The position numbers were made by a program, and so were the translations under genes. The notes beneath the pieces were generated by a model. That model was not told the origin of the DNA. It searched no databases and was given only the letters and a program-made list of their open reading frames with translations. From Macrostomum lignano (Eukaryota), in the NCBI GenBank assembly GCA_002269645.1, contig NIVC01003108.1, positions 1 to 59,160 of the forward strand: 59,160 nt of DNA, read 5' to 3'. This document shows, in pieces, positions 54,138-59,160 of this stretch (position 1 is its first letter; each line of letters begins with the position of its first letter).

Positions 54138-56039
54138 CTACCTGCGCTCATCAAAGGTGACAACCGGCTGACTCGCAGCCCCGGCTCCGTTCTGCTGCTC
54201 AGCCCGCCAGCTGTTCCGCTTCTTCCGGCCGCAGCAGCCGCCGCTTTTCGATTTCTGTTTTCTCGTCCTTGTCTCCGTGACGGAGCCACCGTTCGCCGTC
54301 GTTGTCGTAGTCGTTTCTCGGTGATCACGGCGCCGTCGGGGCCGCGCCGGCTGCTCCAGCTGGACTGCTGGGCCGCTGCCTGCTGCTGCTGCGGCTGGGC
54401 CGTCTCTGGCACCGATTTGTAGCGCTTGTGCCGCGGTAGCAGCAGGCAGCGGCGCTTCTTGGGGCGCCGGACGGCGCGGTTCCCGTCTTCTGTGACAACG
54501 ACTGTCTTGCTGCTGCTGCTGCCGGCGCCGCCGCCGCTGCTGCTCCACTGCCACTGGCTGCGGTGCTCGCTGATCTCCCGCTGCTCGGCCTCCGTCAGGC
54601 TGGCCACCTCTTCCTTCTCGTTCACCAGCTTGCCATCCGCGTAGCGGCGTCGCTTCACCGCCTTCCTCAGCCGTCGCCGTCCATGAAGTAGCTGACCTCC
54701 TCCTCCTCCTTGTCGTTCTGCACCGACACCCGCGACATGGTGGACTGCTTGCGCTTCAGTGCAGCAGCTGCCGCCGCCGCCGACGTCTCCTTGGACTCGC
54801 CGCTCTGCACAGTCTGTGTCGTAGTCTTTGTTGTTTTAGTCTCTGTAGTCTCCTCATCCCTGGCCGCCTTCGCTCAGCTCCAGCCTGCTCAGCGCCGCCT
54901 CCAGCTCGTCGTCCTTGAACCCGGCCGACTTCTCCGTGCCAGATGCTGCTGAATGGTGCCCTCCCTGATGGTGCCGCCGTAGTTGTCCGATGTCTTTGTA
55001 TGGGTCTGGACGATCGCCGATGCCTCTGGCGACTCGGCTCTGGCGCCATAGATGAACCGCTGCTGGCTGAACTGTCGGACGGCGCCACCGTCGCCGCCGA
55101 AGCCACCGACGACGCTCTGCCTGCCGTGCCGGCCGCGGTACAGGTCGCTGGCGAACCTCTCTCTGACCGAGGACTCTTCGGCGCTGCCGCTGCTGTACAC
55201 TGCGGGCGGAGCCTCCTTGCTCATGAGAAACTTCATCTTGTAGGGCTGGTGCACCTTCAGCACCGGGTAGTCGGCGTTCTGCTGTCGCTGAAATCTCTGC
55301 TGCTCCTCTTGTTCGCTGATGGCCGTCCGCTGCTCCCGGCTGGCGATGCCGCCGCCGTCGCCGCCGCCCCACGCCGATGGACCGGCGCTGAACTAGGAAG
55401 CCCTCGGAGTGCACGTTCTCGTCCGGCTGCCGGGCCTCCACCTGACGGGCGTGTGGGGGGAGGAAGCCGGTTCACAATGATAACCGCGGATTTCACGGCT
55501 CGACTCTAGATTGGTTCTCTAGATGCGGCCATTCAGACGCAATTCTAGATACTAACCACAGCCAGTTCTGCTTAACTTACAGCAGCTCTGGCCGTGAATG
55601 CATCAGCCTACTCGGGTCTAAAGATACCGCGAAGCCAATTAGTAGCATTCACCTTATTACTGCCGGCTGCCGCCGCTGTCTCGCTGCTGATAGCGCAGCA
55701 GCTCCGCTCCACGCTGCCTGTGGAGTCGCGTCGAAACAGCTGCTGGTGCTGCTGGTGCTGCTGGTGCTGCTGGTGCTGCTGGTGCTGCTGGTGCTGCTGC
55801 TGCTGTTGCTGCTGCAGCATGGCCGAGCTGGCTGACGCACCGCCCGGCTTGATGACCAGACCCTCGGAGAAGTACGCGCCGCCCGCCGACGACTGCCGTC
55901 CGCTGATACCGCCGCCGCCGCCGCCGACACCGCCCGCGGACGACGTCTCAGTGTGACAAAGTAGCTCCTGCTGTTGGTGCGCTACTTCCCAGAGCGGCTG
56001 ACGGAGGTCGGTGTGCTGCAGCCAGCCTGCCCGCCGCCT

Positions 56040-56070
<31 letters not shown>

Positions 56071-57780
56071 GCTGCTGCTGTAGGAGTAGAAAGACTGCTG
56101 GCGACCGCCCGTCAGCACAGGTGGGCGCGCCTGGCAAAGAGGAGTGGACTTGTTTGAGGTCCAGGCAGACCCAGGGCTCGGCAAACTCCGACCCGCGAAG
56201 CCTCTTCATCCGGCCCTCGGGTCCTTTGAAACTTCACAATAGCAATCCGGCCCGCTCAAGTTTGTGTCTTCTCAGCTCTCTTTTTGCTCCCCTCTCCCCC
56301 TTTCACTCCCTTCTCTCCTTTCTCCCCTCTCCTCTCTCCCTCTCCTCTCTCCCCTCTCCTCTCTCCCCTCTCCTCTCTCCCTCTCCTCTCTCCCCTCTCT
56401 CTCTCTCCTCTCTTTCCTCTCTCTCTCTCCCTCTCCTCTCTCCCTCTCCTCTCTCCCTCTCCTCTCTCCCCTCTCCTCTCTCCCCTCTCCTCCTCTCTCC
56501 CTCTCTCCTCTCTCTCCTCTCTCCCCTCTCCTATTCTCTCCCCTCCTCTCTCTCCTCTCTTTCCTCTCCTCTCTCCCTCTCCTCTCTCTCCTCTCTCCCC
56601 TCCTCTCTCCCCTCTCGTCTCTTTCCTCTCCTCTCTCCTCTGTCCTCTCTCCCCTCTCTCCTCTGTCCCCTATCCTCTCTCCCCTCTCCTATTCTCTCCC
56701 CCTCTCCTCTCTCTCCTCTCTCCTCTCTCCCCCTCTCCTCTCTCCCTCTCTCCTCTCTCCCTCTCCTCTCTCCTCTCTCTCCTCTCTCCCTCTCTCCTAT
56801 TCTCTCCCCCTCTCCTCTCTCCCCTCTCCTCTCTTTCCTCTCCTCTCTCCTCTCTCTCTCCTCTCTCCCCTCTCTCCTATTCTCTCCCCCTCTCCTCTCT
56901 CCCCTCTCCTCTCTTTCCTCTCCTCTCTCCTCTCTCTCCCTCTCCTATTCTCTCCCCTCTCCTCTCCCCCCTCCTCTCTCTCCCTCTCTCCTCTCTCCCT
57001 CTCCTCTCTCCTCTCTCTCTCTCTCCCCTCTCTCCTATTCTCTCCCCCTCTCCTCTCTCCCCTCTTTTCTCTTTCCTCTCCTCTCTCCTCTCTCCCTCTC
57101 CTATTCTCTCCCCTCTCCTCTCCCCCCTCTCTCTCTCCCTCTCTCCTCTCTCCCCTCTCCCTCTCTCCTCTCTCTCCTCTCTCCCTATTCTCTCCCCCCT
57201 CTCTCCCTCTCCTCTCTTTCCTCTCCTCTCTCCTCTCTCTCCTCTCTCCCCTCTCTCCTATTCTCTCCCCTCTCCTCTCTCCCCTCTCTCTTCTTTTTCC
57301 TCTCCTCTCTCCCCTCTTCTCTCTCTCTCTTTCTTTCCCTCTTCTTTCTCCCGTCTTCTCTCCTCAAATCTTTTCTCTCATCTCTTCCCACGTCCCATCT
57401 CCCGACTCTCCTCTCTTCATTCATATATCATCCATTCCCTCTCCTTTCCACTCATCTGGCCTGCAGCCATGAGCAGGATTCTCTATCAGGCCCTTGAGGT
57501 AATAAAGTTTGCCGACCCCTGATACACACCAACCCGACCATCCCAGCTTACAGCCTGCCGGAAGCTCTGCCGGAACACCTGCCGCTGGTAGCCGGAACTG
57601 CGCCGCTGCGCCCGCCGTCCGAGCTGATTGAATGAGTTCGCCGGGGTAGAGCGAGGCCGGTGCCGAAGCCGCCTAAGCCGCCGCCGCCGCCGCTGCTGCT
57701 GGTGGAGACCCTCTGCCGGCTGTACTGCTGGAAGCTGCTGTCAATAGTGGGCCGCGGTTTGAGTGCATGAACTTTTTGTC
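54138..57780 (-). CDS. Uncharacterised low-complexity/disordered host protein, fragmented into several frames; boundaries approximate
   Basis: GC-rich coding-like segments LKVHQPYKMKFLMSKE..., KRRRYADGKLVNEKEEV..., C-terminal KSKSGGCCGRKK; poly-Q/G/P tracts; exon structure not resolved. Confidence 0.4.
56290..57350. repeat. CT-rich low-complexity tract
   Basis: Direct. Confidence 0.9.
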
Positions 57781-58039
57781 CGATTATCGCCAAATTTGTG
57801 TGGTCATGCGCGTTCAAGCTACTGACGAAATGCGTCTGCACTACTGATTTTATTTTTCCCACTCGCTGCCTCTTTCAGTTTCTAAAAATGCTGTCGTTAA
57901 TAGTGGATCTGCAAGCTATGCGGATCCATGCAGTGAGCTTATCTGAGATCCAGCTACTCAAAGATGCACCTGAAGTCTAACTAGAGATCTTCTTAAGTAT
58001 CATATTCATATATCCATGCTTCATCCGACATACTGCTCA

Positions 58040-58606
58040 TGAGATCTAGGATATCTAATCGAGATCTAGCAGAGATCTACTGAGATTTACCTGAGATCAA
58101 GCAAAGATCTACTAGGTTCTACCTGAGATCTAAGAGATCTAGCAGAGATCTACTGAGATCCAGCAGATATCTAGCAGACCTTACTGAGATCCAAGCAGAG
58201 ATCTACTAAGATCTAGCAAGATCCAAGCAGAGATCTACTGGATCTAGCAGAGATCTAACTGAGATCTACTGAGATCTAGCAAAGATCTAACTGAGATCTA
58301 CTGAGATCTAGCAGAGACCTACTGAGATCTACTGAGATCCAAGCAGAGATCTACTGAGATCTACTGAGATCTAGCAGAGATCTACTGAGATCTACTGAGA
58401 TCTAGCAGAGATCTACTGAGATCTACTGAGATCTACTGAGATGTAGCAGAGATCTAACTGAGATCTATTGAGATCTAGCAGAGATCTACTGAATCTACTG
58501 AGATCTAGCAGAGATCTAGCAGAGATCTACTGAGATCTAGCAGAGATCTAGCAGAGATCTAGCAGAAATCTACTGAGATCTAGCAGAGATCTACTGAGAT
58601 CTAGCA
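58040..58606. repeat. GAGATCTACT / GAGATCTAGCA 10-11-bp tandem repeat
   Basis: Direct. Confidence 0.9.
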
Positions 58607-59160
58607 AAAACTCTACTTGCAATCCGACTCCCGCAGCGACACGCACCGGCTCATGTCTTCTTCTCCTAGCTGGCTGGTCTCTTCAATCTCAGCCAGTCGG
58701 TTATCGCTGCTGCTGAACCTCTTCCGCTGGATTATCGGCTTATTTTGCAGCTTTTGACGACGGGGACGGTTCTGCTGTCGAAGCTGCCGCGCCTTGAGCT
58801 CGAAAATTGCTGCTCGAAACCGATCAGAGCCTTGTCGAATATGTCCAAGTTGCGGTCTCTGCTGGGGGCTGATGCCAAGGCCGGGGCGCTCCTGCATGCA
58901 GCAGTAGGCTGCTAGTCAACACCCAACTAATCTGCCTGCGCTTGAGAAAACTTCCGAGCCGAGCAGGGGCGGGGGAGATTCGAGAAAAACTCCAGAAGCC
59001 TCGGCCGCGCGCTCTTATGAACGGAACCGAAGGGAGCACCCGGACTGAGCGACCGCTACACTGGGTGTGGCCGTCACGAGAAATTTCCCACGGAGTGGCA
59101 GCTCGCACCCGACTGCAGCGGGCCATGCAGCCAGCCAGATTTGGCAAATTTTACCCAATG

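Overview
Animal (metazoan) genomic DNA with spliceosomal introns and many minisatellites; the style resembles the flatworm Macrostomum, which is an unverified inference. The left two-thirds is a minus-strand tandem array of four divergent Cys-loop (nAChR-like) ion-channel genes: A is partial, B is a pseudogene, C and D appear intact. A complete, young 17,335-bp Maverick/Polinton (adintovirus-like) endogenous virus (2432-19766) sits in exon 4 of pseudogene B, with 323-bp terminal inverted repeats and a 6-bp GAGTCC target-site duplication. It encodes protein-primed PolB with a vOTU domain, integrase, major and minor capsid proteins, packaging ATPase, adenain-like protease, a lectin-tipped fibre, core proteins, a PLA2 domain and an HNH endonuclease. 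Main finding: a ~299-nt subgroup IC1 group I (self-splicing type) intron (4483-4781, minus strand) splits the Ca2+-binding loop of the viral PLA2, which appears fused to the integrase, and a free-standing HNH gene lies immediately upstream. The right part holds a fibrinogen-domain gene, a dihydropyrimidinase gene, a low-complexity gene, SINE/LINE relics and many tandem repeats. Single-base losses in homopolymer runs recur in both viral and host genes and look like sequencing errors.
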